From the IMG/VR virus record IMGVR_UViG_3300028177_000001, positions 1 through 64,000 of that record: DNA of 64,000 nucleotides; one strand, 5' to 3'. This document shows, piece after piece, positions 1 to 11,129 of the stretch. The notes under the pieces were generated by a model. That model was not told the origin of the DNA and did not search any database. It saw nothing but the letters and a program-made list of their open reading frames with translations. The translations under genes were made by a program, and so were the position numbers. Each line of letters begins with the position of its first letter. The first letter of the stretch is position 1.

Positions 1-1
1 T

Positions 2-241
2 GACTGGGACTGCGACGACCCGGACGAGGCTCGCTGCAAGAAGTGCGGGACCGGTCCCTTCCGGACCACGGTCAGCCGCGTGGAGAAGATCAAGAAGGCC
101 CGCAAGGACCACGACGACTACATCAAGGCGGGCGACAGCTACCAGCGGACGGTCGAGCGCGGCTTCTACCCTGGCGGGGGCACGCGGATCATCGTCAGCA
201 AGGTGCTGCTCCGCAAGGCGGTCCCCCAGGAGGCTACGTGA
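2..241 (+). CDS. hypothetical protein, 5'-truncated by window edge (CxxC motif)
   Basis: Open frame from position 2 to TGA at 239-241: DWDCDDPDEARCKKCGTGPFRTTV...QEAT*; GC3-rich codons. Confidence 0.6.
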   Translation, partial: DWDCDDPDEARCKKCGTGPFRTTVSRVEKIKKARKDHDDYIKAGDSYQRTVERGFYPGGGTRIIVSKVLLRKAVPQEAT

Positions 242-310
242 GCAAGACCCACGCAAGACTGCGGCCGAAGCCCGCGCCTTTGCGAAGCCTGCCCACTGGA
301 CCTGGGTCGA

Positions 311-1180
311 TTAGACCAGGCCTCTCCGGGCCAGGACACGGCGAATGGCCAGACGTTGCTCTACGTGTGGCGCATTCCAGTTGACGACCCCCTGGTTTAG
401 CATCGCTGCTGCCTCGGGAGCTTCGGGGCCGTTGATGACAGGCATCTGCTTGCGGTCGGGGGCCCAGCTGGGAACAGAAGTATTCATCTGACCCGCATTC
501 CGAGCCACCTGCTGGATGCCTTCCTCCACAGACCCAAAGGACTTCTCCAGGATCGACTGCACCTTCTCCGGGGACATGGTCCCGTACTTGTCGCTGGCCC
601 CATTCTGAACGTAGCTCTGCAGTTCCGAGGCTACCTTGCGTGGGTTTAGGTCCGCGATGGAGCCAGAGCCGGGGTTGCCGTTGCGCACGCCGAACTTGCC
701 CTTGGACACCAGGTTCAACACCTTGATCAGCTCCTTCCCGTTCACACCGGCGCGGTAGCCCCCGACCTTCCCCTTAGAACCTGCTGCCAGAACCGTAGCA
801 GCCCAGCGATGGTGCCCGTCCAGGATGTGCCCGTCCTTTGAGATCATGGCGCCGAGGTCTCCCCCGACCTTTCCGGTGTCCAGCATCTTGAGAGCAAGCT
901 TCAGTGCAGAGGGAAGTCGGATCGTAGTCTGCGAAGGCTTCAACGAAGCGGCGGACCAGGACCCTCGCGACACAGGGATCTTGTCGTCGTTGGCGTTGCC
1001 GTCGTCCAGTCCCGAAGTGGAGATGAACTCGGCGATGGAGGGGTCAACCGCGTCCAGTCTCCCAGCCTGCTGGACCTGGTCCTCAATCTGCTCTTCTGAG
1101 TATTCCGCCCGACGCAGAAGATGCTCCCGCAAGTCGGGGTGCTGCTTCGCCAAACGTGTCAGAAGCCTACGGGTGTTCAT
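311..1180 (-). CDS. ParB/Srx-like domain protein with peptide tags, probable virion-internal protein
   Basis: ILDGHHRWAA motif typical of ParB-N/Srx; N-terminal LLTRLAKQHPDLREHLL and C-terminal IRRVLARRGLV tags. Confidence 0.7.
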   Translation of the reverse strand: MNTRRLLTRLAKQHPDLREHLLRRAEYSEEQIEDQVQQAGRLDAVDPSIAEFISTSGLDDGNANDDKIPVSRGSWSAASLKPSQTTIRLPSALKLALKMLDTGKVGGDLGAMISKDGHILDGHHRWAATVLAAGSKGKVGGYRAGVNGKELIKVLNLVSKGKFGVRNGNPGSGSIADLNPRKVASELQSYVQNGASDKYGTMSPEKVQSILEKSFGSVEEGIQQVARNAGQMNTSVPSWAPDRKQMPVINGPEAPEAAAMLNQGVVNWNAPHVEQRLAIRRVLARRGLV

Positions 1181-1194
1181 GCTCGCTCCTGGTC

Positions 1195-4100
1195 TCAGCT
1201 GTCGGTCTCGGATGCGTCATCGCTGGGGAACGGAGCCAGAGTGACAGTCGGGCTGAGACCAGCCTTACTGTGTCCGCCCACCATGGGCTTCCCTTCCAGC
1301 CGGTAGCGGTCGGCGGCTGCCGTCCCCTCTCCGTAGCCTGTTGGGCTGATCTGTCCGTCCAGAGTGTATCCCTGACCCGCCAGAGGACCGTTGCCCATGA
1401 CGCCATTGGTCAGAATGACCATCTGAACCTCGTCCCCGTGAGAGCGGACGGAGGGAGCGCTGTAAGCCGACTCACTGTAGTTGCGGACCAGGAGGGCTCG
1501 ACCCACCAGGACACCGCCCTTGAGGACTGGCGCAGCCCCGTCCGGGAACGCGCCGCCTGCCCAGTCCAGCGGACCGCCTGAGGGGGTCGGGTCCAGCACG
1601 TAGGCGGAACCCCCGCCTCGGAACAGGCGGAAGTTCTTGGTGCCTGATGTCGTAGCGAGGGTCCAGGCCACGTACTTCAGCAGCCCGCCGTCGGACAAGC
1701 CGATCTGACCGCCTCCTTCGAGACGACCGAACTCCTGGGACCCCTGGACGGGAGCCTCCAGAGACGCAGTAGCACCTCCCCCCGCGCTAACACGCAAGGC
1801 CGAGAGTCCGTCCCGGAGAGGGTCCTCTCCCAGGAAGTCGGAGTCCTGCAGCAGAATCCCCAGCGGGAGCCTCTCTGTGAGACCCGCCATGCGCACGGGA
1901 GTGGTGCTGAAGGATCCCAGCTTCGCGTTCATCGGGTTGTCCGTGCCTCCCAGGAGGGCCGAACCTGTAAGGCTCGTGAGCCCGTACTGCGAGAGAACAC
2001 CCTGGGGAACCAGGTTGAACCCGAGGACCGCCCGCGTAGCACTCGGAGCCAGGGCGACCGAAGTCTGGTTCCCCTCTGCTCCGGGAAGCAAGGACACCAG
2101 GTGGCAGATGTTCGACCCGCTCCAGAACGCCGTGACCTGGGCCACGTTCCTGCAGAAGTCACTGGCGGCGATGAAGTCGGCCAGTGCCTTCGCAGCCAGC
2201 GAAATCGATGCTCCGGTGAAGCTTGTGTTAGACACCAACGCCAGGGACTGGGTGCCTCGCTTCAAGGTGATAGTCTCGCCAGCCGAGACCGCAGTCGTGG
2301 AGAGGGCAACGATGTCCAGAGTAGCCCGACCTGCGCTCTGGTCCTGAGCCTGAGTGAACACTCGGGGGGTGAACTGCCAGATGGGGTCGGAAGAGGTCGC
2401 CGCAATCCGGGTGGGGGCTACTCCGTCGGTGGTGATGCCTCCGATATCCAGAGGGGTTCCTGCGTAGACACGACCGCCGATCTTACCGGTGCCCAGGGTC
2501 GTGTAGAAGTCCATCGAGGCGAGGACCTCGAGCGACCGAGGGTTGGAGAGAGCCGGGACCTGGGAGTAGTTGTCTGTGCTGTCGTACTGCAGAATGGCTG
2601 TGGCCAGACTGGTAGAAGACGAAGCCGGCACCTGTCCGTAGCGGTTGCTGTAGTCCGACACCACCTTGGTGTTGCCGTCGCGAGTCATGTAGGGGTCGCC
2701 CTGGTAGACGGTCCGCTCGTATGCGACGTACAGCTGCTCGTTGTAGGGCAGAGGCAACGGCAGGATGCAAGACACCTGCGGAGCCAGAGCGGCGACCGAA
2801 GTCCCCAGTGTGGACGAACCGTCCGGGAGCGTCTTCCGCATCATGATGTAGTTGTTGAGGTTGATGAACCCTCGGCCGAAGCCGAAGACCACGCACTCCA
2901 CTACATATTCGAGATCATCGAACCCCTCTCCTGAGATGTACTGGCCAGAGAGTCGGACGTCAATGAGGTCGGACGGGATGACGTAGGTGTGGTCGTCGGC
3001 ATTCCCTGTGACATCCGACGCACCGCCCTTCGCGATGAAAAGGGTCTTCTTGTCCCTGTCTTCGCGGAGGAGGTTGATCGGGCGTCCCGAAGCGGTGCTC
3101 TTGGTGACCCTGTCGGGATCCCAAGCGCCCGAGCCCGAGAACTCCCGCAAGTCGTAGACACCGTAGAGACGAGCAATCCCGAGGAAGGGCGGGAGCTGGA
3201 TGCCCTTCAAGCCCTTGGGAGTGTCCGAAGAGATGACATTGACGTCGGTGTGGATACGAGCCTGGTACCCGACCGCCGCGCCCGCCAGCGTGAAGAACTC
3301 CCCGTAATCCCGAGCCGAGGTTGTCCCTGTCTGGAAGAAGATCGAGGGAACTACAGTGGTGCCGTTATCCGGCCCGCCAACCACGCGGAACACGTCATCC
3401 GTGTTGGTCTGGGAGTCCCCGAACAGGTGGTTGATTCCGTAGAACACCGGGCCTGTGGTGCCGGGGGTCTGACGGAAGGGGATGTCCTGTCGACCGAACC
3501 GAGGCATGAACTCCGGAGGGAATGCGTAGGCGTAGTCTGCAGTCGACTCGAAGATGCCCGCGCCGTCTACAGAGCCTCCGGAGAAAGCCCCCGCTGTGTA
3601 GGTGGCCGGAAAGAACCGGTTCGTGGCTCCCGTAGTGGCTTGGTAGCGGTACAGGGCAAGGTCGGTGCGCTGGAAGGGCCGAACCATCAAGGTCTTGGAC
3701 CCTGCGTCGACGAATACCTCAGCTTCGCGCCGGTACTCGCCTGCGTGGGAGCCGTCTCCGTAGAACGGGGCACGCGGAGCAGACAGTCCCAGGCTGGGCA
3801 AACGGTTCCAGGTCTGGATGTGCTGGAAGGGGAAGTAGAACTCCCCGGCTGCCACCCCAGCTTCTCCGGCGATGCTGGAGTCAAGAGCGGTGGGGGCTTC
3901 CCGAACGAGTTCTGCAGTGTCCACACTGGGCATTGCAACCCTGTGAATCTGCTTAGCGACCCGCGCAGTGCCTCCCCGGCTGGGGGAATACTGCACGGTA
4001 GTGTCCAGAATCGCCTGTGTGGGGATAGGCGAGACAGTCACCAAGCCGTCCCAGGGGTTGGTGGTCCCCCCCGAGACTGCCTGCAGGTCGGTCAAGACGA

Positions 4101-6561
4101 TGACCGCTGCGGCCTCGCCCGACGTGGTCCCGTCCTGAGTGTGCATGTGCTGGGAACGCACCGAGCAGTCCAGGCCCGTGTTGGCGATCAGGCCCGCAGT
4201 GCCCTCGCCGACTCGCACCACTACCATGCTGTCGGTGTCTGCCCCTGACTCAGTGGTGAAGCCAGCCGTTCCCGCTCCCACAACACGGAAGACGCCCCCG
4301 TTTTCAGCGTTGGTCGCGTCCCCGGTGAGCACCAGGTACAGCTCCGAAGACGCGCCAGAACGGTCCCGCCCACCCGACGTGAGCATGTCGTACAGAGTCC
4401 GAGTGCTGTTCAGCAAGATCTCCGTGACACCCGTGGTGGACAGACTGGTCACATCTCCTGTGGGGAACCAGGTCCCAGCCGTGTCGAAGTTGAGACCGGA
4501 GATCTTGACCTGGGAGAGACCAGTGGGGGTAGACCCCGCTGCGATGGTCTGGGTCGAGGATGAGGTGAGGTTCGAGTTGACCACTCCGCCCAGGACGATG
4601 TAGGGGCGTTCGAAGTTGTACTCGGGCAGAGGGAACATCGGGCCGGGGTGGGTCGCGCCGCTCTCGTCCGCACCGGCTGGGTCGCCCCATTCCTCGCCCA
4701 GGAACCGCAGGAGGAAGGGGTACTGGTTCCCTGACACACCGCCCGCTGCTGTAGTGTCAATCTCATCCCTTGTGAGCCAGTACTCCCGAGGGGACACGAA
4801 CCGTACAATGTCGTTGTTAGCCGTGTCGCGAACAGTGGCTCGTGCGCCCCCGTTGCCCGTAGCTCCGCCAATGTACAGGTTGATGACGGTACGGTCTGAC
4901 CAACCACCGAGGTTCGCCTGGTAGCCGTCCGGCACGAAGGTCGCTGCGGGGCCCCAGGAAGAGGCACCCGAAGTGTAGTTGGAGTTGGGCCCGATGGTGC
5001 CAGGGGAAGCGATAGTAGGCTTCAGAATCAGGGAGATGTTGTTCTGTACCACCGACGCGTCGGAGAACACGGTGCGGATTCCGTCCGGACCGTCGAGCTC
5101 TTCGGTCTGGGAGGGCACCGCAGTGTTGCTGTTGGCGTGAAGTGTATCCACCTCAAGAACGACAGGACCCTGTGTGTCGCTGATGCCGGACTGCTTGTAC
5201 GAGCTCTTCAAGGAATCCTGGAACAACTTGCCCAGGTTGTGGCGCAGCAGTGCCTGGTAGTCCCATTCACCGGGGGTCACACCCTTTCGGAGATCCAGAA
5301 TGTCCGAGGAGGTGATCTGGTCCGCGAACTTGCCGTCAGGGCGGAAGTTGAAGAACTGGACCGTAGCACCCAGGGCGTGGGAGGCAGCCGCAGTACCGTC
5401 TCGTCCCCGCCCACCCGTGGAGCGTACCGTGATGGTTCCAGGAGTGGTGGACGTGGTGACCGCCGAGATGGAGATGACCTCATCGTCGATCTTCAGGAAC
5501 ACGGAGTCCCAGTCGATGTCGGCGTTGTCCAGCCCGGAAGACGCCAAGCCGTCGACCTGGATGAGACCCGTGTCATCCTCGTCGATAGCCGACGTGAGGG
5601 TCACCGCTGTGAAGGTGCGAGTCCCTTCCAGCGCGGCGGTGATAGCTGCGACCTTGGGGTTGCGGTTCAGAGCCCCGTTCTGGTTTGCATTGCCGTTCAC
5701 AGTGCGGGCGACGAACGCCCCAGTGTTGCGACGGAACACCCCGCACACCGGGATGGCGTAGGAGTAGCCGTCCACAGTCGCCAGAGCGTTGGTGGAGTCT
5801 CCGTCACCGGAACGCCAGAGCCCGGGATCGCCGAGCGTGGTCTTCATGTTCGTCCAGGTGAACCCTGTCTGCGCCGCTGTGGCCGCCCCCCGAGCCAGCA
5901 CGTTCGGATCGTCCAGACCGTCCGGATAGGACGACAGGTCAACCGAGTCTCCCAGACCGGTTCCACTACCCATCACGCGCAGTCGGTACTGAATCTGGAC
6001 GCGCTCGGTCGTCTCGAAGCCGATGGCGGGATCTTCAATGTCATCGGAGATGTTGGTCCCGCCGAACTCAGCGTTGCCGTACTTGTAGATGGTGCTGAGG
6101 GAGGGCTTGTTGGCGGTGCTCGGGTTCGGGGCCACCTGTGCCAGCCACACCTCCAGGAAGACCAGGTCCACCCGAGAGTCGGAAGAAGGGGGCTGCCAGA
6201 GGTTGACTCGGTTTGCGGTATCGGAGTCGGAGACACCGGTGCCCGACACGGGGATGATCCAGCCGTTCACGTTGGCCCAGAGGACTGGGTCCAAGTCGCC
6301 GGACGCCGGGTTGCCCAGCTTGAACCAGTTGGACCAGTCCGTGTCCGTGACGAAGTCCTGGTCTGCCTGGAACGGGTCAAGAAGGAACCCGGAATGCATT
6401 TCGGCCCGGACGGCGTTCGCAACGCGCTCCCACTCCGCCTGCATCATCAGGTTCAGTTCGGAGTCGAGGGGCGGCTTCGAAGCCTGCCACACGACCAGCG
6501 CAAACTGCCTGTCGCTGGCCGAAAGGGTGCGGGTTACCCCGCTACCGAGATCTTGAGCCAT
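1195..6561 (-). CDS. large virion structural protein (DUF4815-like N-terminus; baseplate/tail associated), 1788 aa
   Basis: N-terminal VVWQASKPPLDSELN resembles DUF4815-type jumbo-phage proteins; G/T/S/A-rich beta composition; clear paralogue of 11130..14417. Confidence 0.75.
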   Translation of the reverse strand: MAQDLGSGVTRTLSASDRQFALVVWQASKPPLDSELNLMMQAEWERVANAVRAEMHSGFLLDPFQADQDFVTDTDWSNWFKLGNPASGDLDPVLWANVNGWIIPVSGTGVSDSDTANRVNLWQPPSSDSRVDLVFLEVWLAQVAPNPSTANKPSLSTIYKYGNAEFGGTNISDDIEDPAIGFETTERVQIQYRLRVMGSGTGLGDSVDLSSYPDGLDDPNVLARGAATAAQTGFTWTNMKTTLGDPGLWRSGDGDSTNALATVDGYSYAIPVCGVFRRNTGAFVARTVNGNANQNGALNRNPKVAAITAALEGTRTFTAVTLTSAIDEDDTGLIQVDGLASSGLDNADIDWDSVFLKIDDEVISISAVTTSTTPGTITVRSTGGRGRDGTAAASHALGATVQFFNFRPDGKFADQITSSDILDLRKGVTPGEWDYQALLRHNLGKLFQDSLKSSYKQSGISDTQGPVVLEVDTLHANSNTAVPSQTEELDGPDGIRTVFSDASVVQNNISLILKPTIASPGTIGPNSNYTSGASSWGPAATFVPDGYQANLGGWSDRTVINLYIGGATGNGGARATVRDTANNDIVRFVSPREYWLTRDEIDTTAAGGVSGNQYPFLLRFLGEEWGDPAGADESGATHPGPMFPLPEYNFERPYIVLGGVVNSNLTSSSTQTIAAGSTPTGLSQVKISGLNFDTAGTWFPTGDVTSLSTTGVTEILLNSTRTLYDMLTSGGRDRSGASSELYLVLTGDATNAENGGVFRVVGAGTAGFTTESGADTDSMVVVRVGEGTAGLIANTGLDCSVRSQHMHTQDGTTSGEAAAVIVLTDLQAVSGGTTNPWDGLVTVSPIPTQAILDTTVQYSPSRGGTARVAKQIHRVAMPSVDTAELVREAPTALDSSIAGEAGVAAGEFYFPFQHIQTWNRLPSLGLSAPRAPFYGDGSHAGEYRREAEVFVDAGSKTLMVRPFQRTDLALYRYQATTGATNRFFPATYTAGAFSGGSVDGAGIFESTADYAYAFPPEFMPRFGRQDIPFRQTPGTTGPVFYGINHLFGDSQTNTDDVFRVVGGPDNGTTVVPSIFFQTGTTSARDYGEFFTLAGAAVGYQARIHTDVNVISSDTPKGLKGIQLPPFLGIARLYGVYDLREFSGSGAWDPDRVTKSTASGRPINLLREDRDKKTLFIAKGGASDVTGNADDHTYVIPSDLIDVRLSGQYISGEGFDDLEYVVECVVFGFGRGFINLNNYIMMRKTLPDGSSTLGTSVAALAPQVSCILPLPLPYNEQLYVAYERTVYQGDPYMTRDGNTKVVSDYSNRYGQVPASSSTSLATAILQYDSTDNYSQVPALSNPRSLEVLASMDFYTTLGTGKIGGRVYAGTPLDIGGITTDGVAPTRIAATSSDPIWQFTPRVFTQAQDQSAGRATLDIVALSTTAVSAGETITLKRGTQSLALVSNTSFTGASISLAAKALADFIAASDFCRNVAQVTAFWSGSNICHLVSLLPGAEGNQTSVALAPSATRAVLGFNLVPQGVLSQYGLTSLTGSALLGGTDNPMNAKLGSFSTTPVRMAGLTERLPLGILLQDSDFLGEDPLRDGLSALRVSAGGGATASLEAPVQGSQEFGRLEGGGQIGLSDGGLLKYVAWTLATTSGTKNFRLFRGGGSAYVLDPTPSGGPLDWAGGAFPDGAAPVLKGGVLVGRALLVRNYSESAYSAPSVRSHGDEVQMVILTNGVMGNGPLAGQGYTLDGQISPTGYGEGTAAADRYRLEGKPMVGGHSKAGLSPTVTLAPFPSDDASETDS

Positions 6562-6606
6562 GAACCTTCTCCCAGAACGCGCTGTTCATCTTACTCCCGA
6601 GCCTGT

Positions 6607-6621
6607 ATAGGGAAGGAACCG
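6607..6621 (-). promoter_or_regulatory. putative late promoter variant (CGGTTC-N5-CTAT)
   Basis: Near-match to the recurrent CGGTRG-N5-CTAT motif, about 45 nt upstream of the 6561 start. Confidence 0.5.
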
Positions 6622-6636
6622 TCATGGTCCCCCTAC

Positions 6637-7446
6637 TCAGGGCAGGTTCGGGAACAGCACGATGTACCCCAGCAGGTAGAGCTTCTCTGTACCGTCGTTC
6701 ACGAAAGCCAGCCGGAAGTCGGTGCCTGACGTAACAAGGTCCGTTGCCTCGAGGTACTGGACCTCGAACCAACTCGCTCCGTCGTCCACGCTGGCGTAGA
6801 CAAGAAGTCCGGCAGGAGTGGGGAGCTGTTCTACCTGATCCTTGCGGACCGGGGTGTTGGTGTTTGCAGTGACGTTGTAGCCTTGCACCACATCTTCAGA
6901 TGTAGTCGCCGTGGCTACCTTCCACCAGACCAAAACCTCGTCAGTGCCGGGAGTGCCCGGATTGTACGAGGTGATGTCGATGGTGTCTGTGATAAGGGCA
7001 CCGTAGAGGTCGTTGGGACCCCCCGTGTTCGTCGGGAGCATCGCGATGCTTCCGGGAGCGATCCCTGCCGGGCCCCCTACTCGACCCACCTGGCAACGAG
7101 CGAAAGTGCCGGGGAGACCAGAGGGCACCGTCCCGGTAGTGATGTTTCCCGCTATGGGCAAGGGTGCCGCGTTCAGGTCCAGTGTCGACTGGTCCGCCGC
7201 TTCGAGAAAGAAGTTCGACAGCTGGTTGTCGTAGTTCGGATACCGCGCCAGAAAGGACGTCGCGATTTGAACGGGCAGGGACCCGCTGTTCTGCGGGGTG
7301 AGATACGAAGCGGAGTTGACGTCAAGAGACACCCCTGGCGGAGTGTTCAAGATGAACTTTCCGTTCACCAGCGTGGTGCCTCCCACAACGGGCTCGACGG
7401 AAGTTTCGAGAACGAGCCCTGATGCGAGACTGGAGATGATCTGCAT
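6637..7446 (-). CDS. virion structural protein (hypothetical)
   Basis: 269-aa ORF within the structural cluster, tightly spaced, T/G/P-rich. Confidence 0.65.
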   Translation of the reverse strand: MQIISSLASGLVLETSVEPVVGGTTLVNGKFILNTPPGVSLDVNSASYLTPQNSGSLPVQIATSFLARYPNYDNQLSNFFLEAADQSTLDLNAAPLPIAGNITTGTVPSGLPGTFARCQVGRVGGPAGIAPGSIAMLPTNTGGPNDLYGALITDTIDITSYNPGTPGTDEVLVWWKVATATTSEDVVQGYNVTANTNTPVRKDQVEQLPTPAGLLVYASVDDGASWFEVQYLEATDLVTSGTDFRLAFVNDGTEKLYLLGYIVLFPNLP

Positions 7447-7454
7447 GGTCTACA

Positions 7455-10400
7455 TCAGTCCTGGTTGTTGACGGTGGTGGAGTTGACGCCGAATGCAGCA
7501 GTGAAGCCACCCCCACCGTTGCCCCAATTGCCGGCGCCAGCTGCCGTGCGCTCCACGTTGCAGGAGCACTGACTATCATCGGGGATGAAGTTTGCTCCCG
7601 CAGTGGCCCCTGTGGTGGCTCCGTAGAACACGTTCCCCAAGAACACCATTGTGAATTGGGTGGCCGCGCCTCCCGCAGCATCGCAGTTCATGCTGAAGTC
7701 GGTCGCCCCGGCCAACCTGACTGTGTTGTTTGACACAGACATCGTGTGAACGGCGGCATTCGGGAGATCAATATCCAGGCCTGTCACCGACGCTGACCCG
7801 GAGCGGAGGACATTACCATCGATAGCGATAGTATCCGAGGTGTCGTCAGCCACGAACCAGACACCCTTCGTGGTGAAAGAATCAACTGTGTTCCCGCGGA
7901 TCGAAACCGTCTCCAAGCGGTCGTAACCCCTCAGGTAGACTCCCATCGTACAGTCAATGATCGTGTTGTCGGACAGAGAGATATTCTTGGAGAGCCCAGC
8001 CGCGACCTGGTTCCCTGACGCCAGAACACCGATGGCAACCCCCTCGCAGGTGTTGCCATCCAGCTTGGCCTGGGTCATATCTCCGGTGACCAGGACGTCA
8101 ACGCCGTTCGAGAACGCATCCCGCACTGTGTTGTTCTGAGCGACCAGAGTGTCCAGGGAATTAGACCCGGTCCCCGTTCCGCTGAGGGCTACTCGGACCC
8201 CGGCACCGCTGGTGGTAGTCCGGACGAGGTTGTCCGAGAGGACCCAGCCGCCGTAGCTCGAGGTCCCCGAATTGATTGAATTCGATGCCTCGACATAGAT
8301 TGCGTTGTTCTCGCTTCGGAGCACCGTGTTCCGGCAGATTGACAGATTCTGGACCGTGCCTTCCTGATTTAGGATGACATGGATCCCGTCACCGGAGGTT
8401 GCAGCTGTCACCGCCGAGTCATCCACCTGATTATCGAAGATCTGAGTGGATACCAGAGTGATGTCGCCCGTTCCAGCATCCAGGGCCTCAACCAGGATGC
8501 CTGCCTGGTCCGTAGGGGTTCCTGGACCCCCCAAGGCAATCTGGCAGGTCAGGCCAATCTTGTTGCGGCTCAGCTGCGTTGAGGTGAACCCACAGCCTCC
8601 TGAGAACTGGAGGCAGACACCGCTTCGACGAGTCCGGTAGACATTGTTGTCGCAGACCCTGGCCGAATTGATCTGGTTGGCGAAAGTGTCTGACCCCTGG
8701 GAAACCTCAACCCAGATTCCATACTCGCCGCCGTCGGAAACTCCAGAGAGACTGTCTCCCCAGTAGATTTGGTTCCCCGTGATGGCGTAGCCCTCGACGG
8801 TATGGTCGGCACCTGTGCCTACGGAATGGACTTCCGTGAAGATCCCGTAGGGGAGGGCAAACCCAGAACCGTGCACGTCGTTGGCAACCGTGTCTCGGAC
8901 GACGTTGTTCTCGATTCGAATGTCTCGGCAGTTTCGTGCGTAGATAGCGCGAGACTGAATATCAATGACGCCTCCGCCCCCGTTAGCCCAACCCTCAGTT
9001 CCGGCGTCGTTGATGCTCGCGCCGATCTTCACCAGGGTGTTGTTTGCTACCAGGGGGCTGTCGCAGAACTCCAGGCCGATTCCCTTGGAGCCGCGACCGA
9101 CGAAGGTATCGACCCAGCCAGAAATGTCCTGCGCCTGCGCGCAGTGGTGGATGTGGTTCCCTGTCACGCTGGCGTAGCGGACTGCATCCGCTACCTTGTC
9201 GCCCCTGAGGATCACACCACCGGCGCAGCGCCAGATCTCGTTGTCTGAGATATTGACGTACTCAGGCGTGCTGGTGTCGTTGGCTCCGACGTAGATGCCG
9301 TCTGCCGTCGGGGTGAAGATATTGGCAGCCAGACCGTTGTCGATGGAGTTGCCCGAAATGCTGATGTTCGAGACCGCCCCGAAGACGTACACCCCTTGAG
9401 TAACGCAACTCTTGAAAGAGTTGCCGGACACGACGATGTCGTGGGTGAAGGTCGTGGCTCCTGTCAGACCCAGGACCTGAACACCCTTTCCTGTGTTCTC
9501 AAAGATGTTGCCCGAGACAACCATTGCCTGGCTGCCTGCGGCAACAGCCACCCCGATGCCGCAGTTCTGGATGGTGCTTCCCTTGACAGAAGAGAACCCC
9601 ATCTGAGCAGGGAAGGCGACCCCGTTCCCGCTCGCTCCGTTCACGAAACCGAGGATGACGCAGTTGGAGACGTGAGACGGGACCGTTCCGGCCAGGAAGT
9701 CGACCCCGACGGGGACCTCTCCCGACCAAGAGCTCCGGTTGCATGTGATGTAGCAATCTGAGACCAGCGTGGAGCCAGAGGTCCGAATCCCTGTTGTGCC
9801 CGTAGTGGCGTCCACGAGGATTGTGCACCCTACGACCTTCACCTGGCCGCCCAGACTGGTCAGAGCGACATCCGCACCCTGCAGCGTGGAGCCTCGGACG
9901 GAGCAACCGTCCCCCGCCACGACAACACCTTCGGCGAACCCTGAAACGCGGGAGTTCACAATGTGGGTGTCGCCCTCTCCGGCAAAGGGTCCCGATGCGT
10001 TCAGTCGGATTCCGTAAGTCCCCGCAGTGCCCTGCTCGGTGCACACCACCCCGTAGAGGACCGTGTCCTGGGGACGGTCGATGAAGATGCCCACCCCTGT
10101 GGCGTCCACGGACGTGTTCTTGATGGTGGCTCGGTTGTATCCACTCGCCCAAGAGAGGTTGATGGCTGTGACCCACTCCTGGGCTCCCCCGGTGAAGACG
10201 CAGTCCTCTACCTGAAGGTCGCGCACAGTGGCTGCGCTACCCTCAAGGGCTGTGGATCCTGTGTGCTCACACTGGAATGTGATCTTGTGGAACTGAGTTC
10301 CCGTTCGACCCGCCAGGTTGAACATCGGCGCCAGCGTAGCCCCGGTGACGAAGGCAGAGTCCTTCCCGTCTCCGACGAATCGGATGCCGTCAATGGGGAT

Positions 10401-11123
10401 AGTGGCCGTGGCCGCGATGGTGATGTTCCCCCGGACCACAATGGTCTGGGTCTCCGCCTGCGAGGCGTTGGCAGGGCTGTAGGTCTGGAGGTACAGCAAG
10501 GCTGCCTCCAGAGTCATAAAGCAACCCTCGGCGTTGGCGTTGGTCGCGGCGTCGGAGTTACGAAGCGTGAGGGGGCACTTCCGGTCCAGCTGCGGCACGA
10601 AGAACCGAGCGTCCTGACTGGTCCCCGTGTTGATAGTTCCAGCGACTGCCACTACCCGGCTGATCAGGACTGGCTCGCCTGCGAGGGCTGGAGGGCTTCC
10701 GCTCGAAGCCAGGTTCCCAGTTGCTGGATCTACGTAGACCCAGCGTGTCCCGTCAGCCAAAGCGATGGTCAAGCCAGTCACCGTGACCAGGCTGGCGCCG
10801 ATGATGACCTGAGTGGCATCCATCGTGAGGACGTTGCCCATCGAAGTCCAGGTACCACCGGAAACCACGCCGTTGGTCCGACCGGCGGAAAGACCGCCTC
10901 CGAGTTCCTGGAGTGCTCCCTCCACCTCGTCCGCTGTGAAGTAGTTGGCGGCGTCCGTGATACGAATCGCCACCGCCATGTGGGCCTGGGAGGGATCCTT
11001 GACGTGTGCCTTGAGAGAAAGGGTGTCCCGGTCCGGGTTTCGGAGTGCTGTGTCGTCGACCGACTTCGGGGCTGCAGCGCCCACTCCGACCGTGATGCCT
11101 GCCGGATCTACATTACGAGGCAT
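7455..11123 (-). CDS. right-handed parallel beta-helix tailspike / receptor-binding protein
   Basis: Many PbH1-type repeats (ISGNxF, ISDNEI, VTGNHI, ITGNQI, IDGNVL) with Asn/Cys ladders, behind an N-terminal virion-attachment-like region. Confidence 0.8.
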   Translation of the reverse strand: MPRNVDPAGITVGVGAAAPKSVDDTALRNPDRDTLSLKAHVKDPSQAHMAVAIRITDAANYFTADEVEGALQELGGGLSAGRTNGVVSGGTWTSMGNVLTMDATQVIIGASLVTVTGLTIALADGTRWVYVDPATGNLASSGSPPALAGEPVLISRVVAVAGTINTGTSQDARFFVPQLDRKCPLTLRNSDAATNANAEGCFMTLEAALLYLQTYSPANASQAETQTIVVRGNITIAATATIPIDGIRFVGDGKDSAFVTGATLAPMFNLAGRTGTQFHKITFQCEHTGSTALEGSAATVRDLQVEDCVFTGGAQEWVTAINLSWASGYNRATIKNTSVDATGVGIFIDRPQDTVLYGVVCTEQGTAGTYGIRLNASGPFAGEGDTHIVNSRVSGFAEGVVVAGDGCSVRGSTLQGADVALTSLGGQVKVVGCTILVDATTGTTGIRTSGSTLVSDCYITCNRSSWSGEVPVGVDFLAGTVPSHVSNCVILGFVNGASGNGVAFPAQMGFSSVKGSTIQNCGIGVAVAAGSQAMVVSGNIFENTGKGVQVLGLTGATTFTHDIVVSGNSFKSCVTQGVYVFGAVSNISISGNSIDNGLAANIFTPTADGIYVGANDTSTPEYVNISDNEIWRCAGGVILRGDKVADAVRYASVTGNHIHHCAQAQDISGWVDTFVGRGSKGIGLEFCDSPLVANNTLVKIGASINDAGTEGWANGGGGVIDIQSRAIYARNCRDIRIENNVVRDTVANDVHGSGFALPYGIFTEVHSVGTGADHTVEGYAITGNQIYWGDSLSGVSDGGEYGIWVEVSQGSDTFANQINSARVCDNNVYRTRRSGVCLQFSGGCGFTSTQLSRNKIGLTCQIALGGPGTPTDQAGILVEALDAGTGDITLVSTQIFDNQVDDSAVTAATSGDGIHVILNQEGTVQNLSICRNTVLRSENNAIYVEASNSINSGTSSYGGWVLSDNLVRTTTSGAGVRVALSGTGTGSNSLDTLVAQNNTVRDAFSNGVDVLVTGDMTQAKLDGNTCEGVAIGVLASGNQVAAGLSKNISLSDNTIIDCTMGVYLRGYDRLETVSIRGNTVDSFTTKGVWFVADDTSDTIAIDGNVLRSGSASVTGLDIDLPNAAVHTMSVSNNTVRLAGATDFSMNCDAAGGAATQFTMVFLGNVFYGATTGATAGANFIPDDSQCSCNVERTAAGAGNWGNGGGGFTAAFGVNSTTVNNQD

Positions 11124-11129
11124 GGGGGA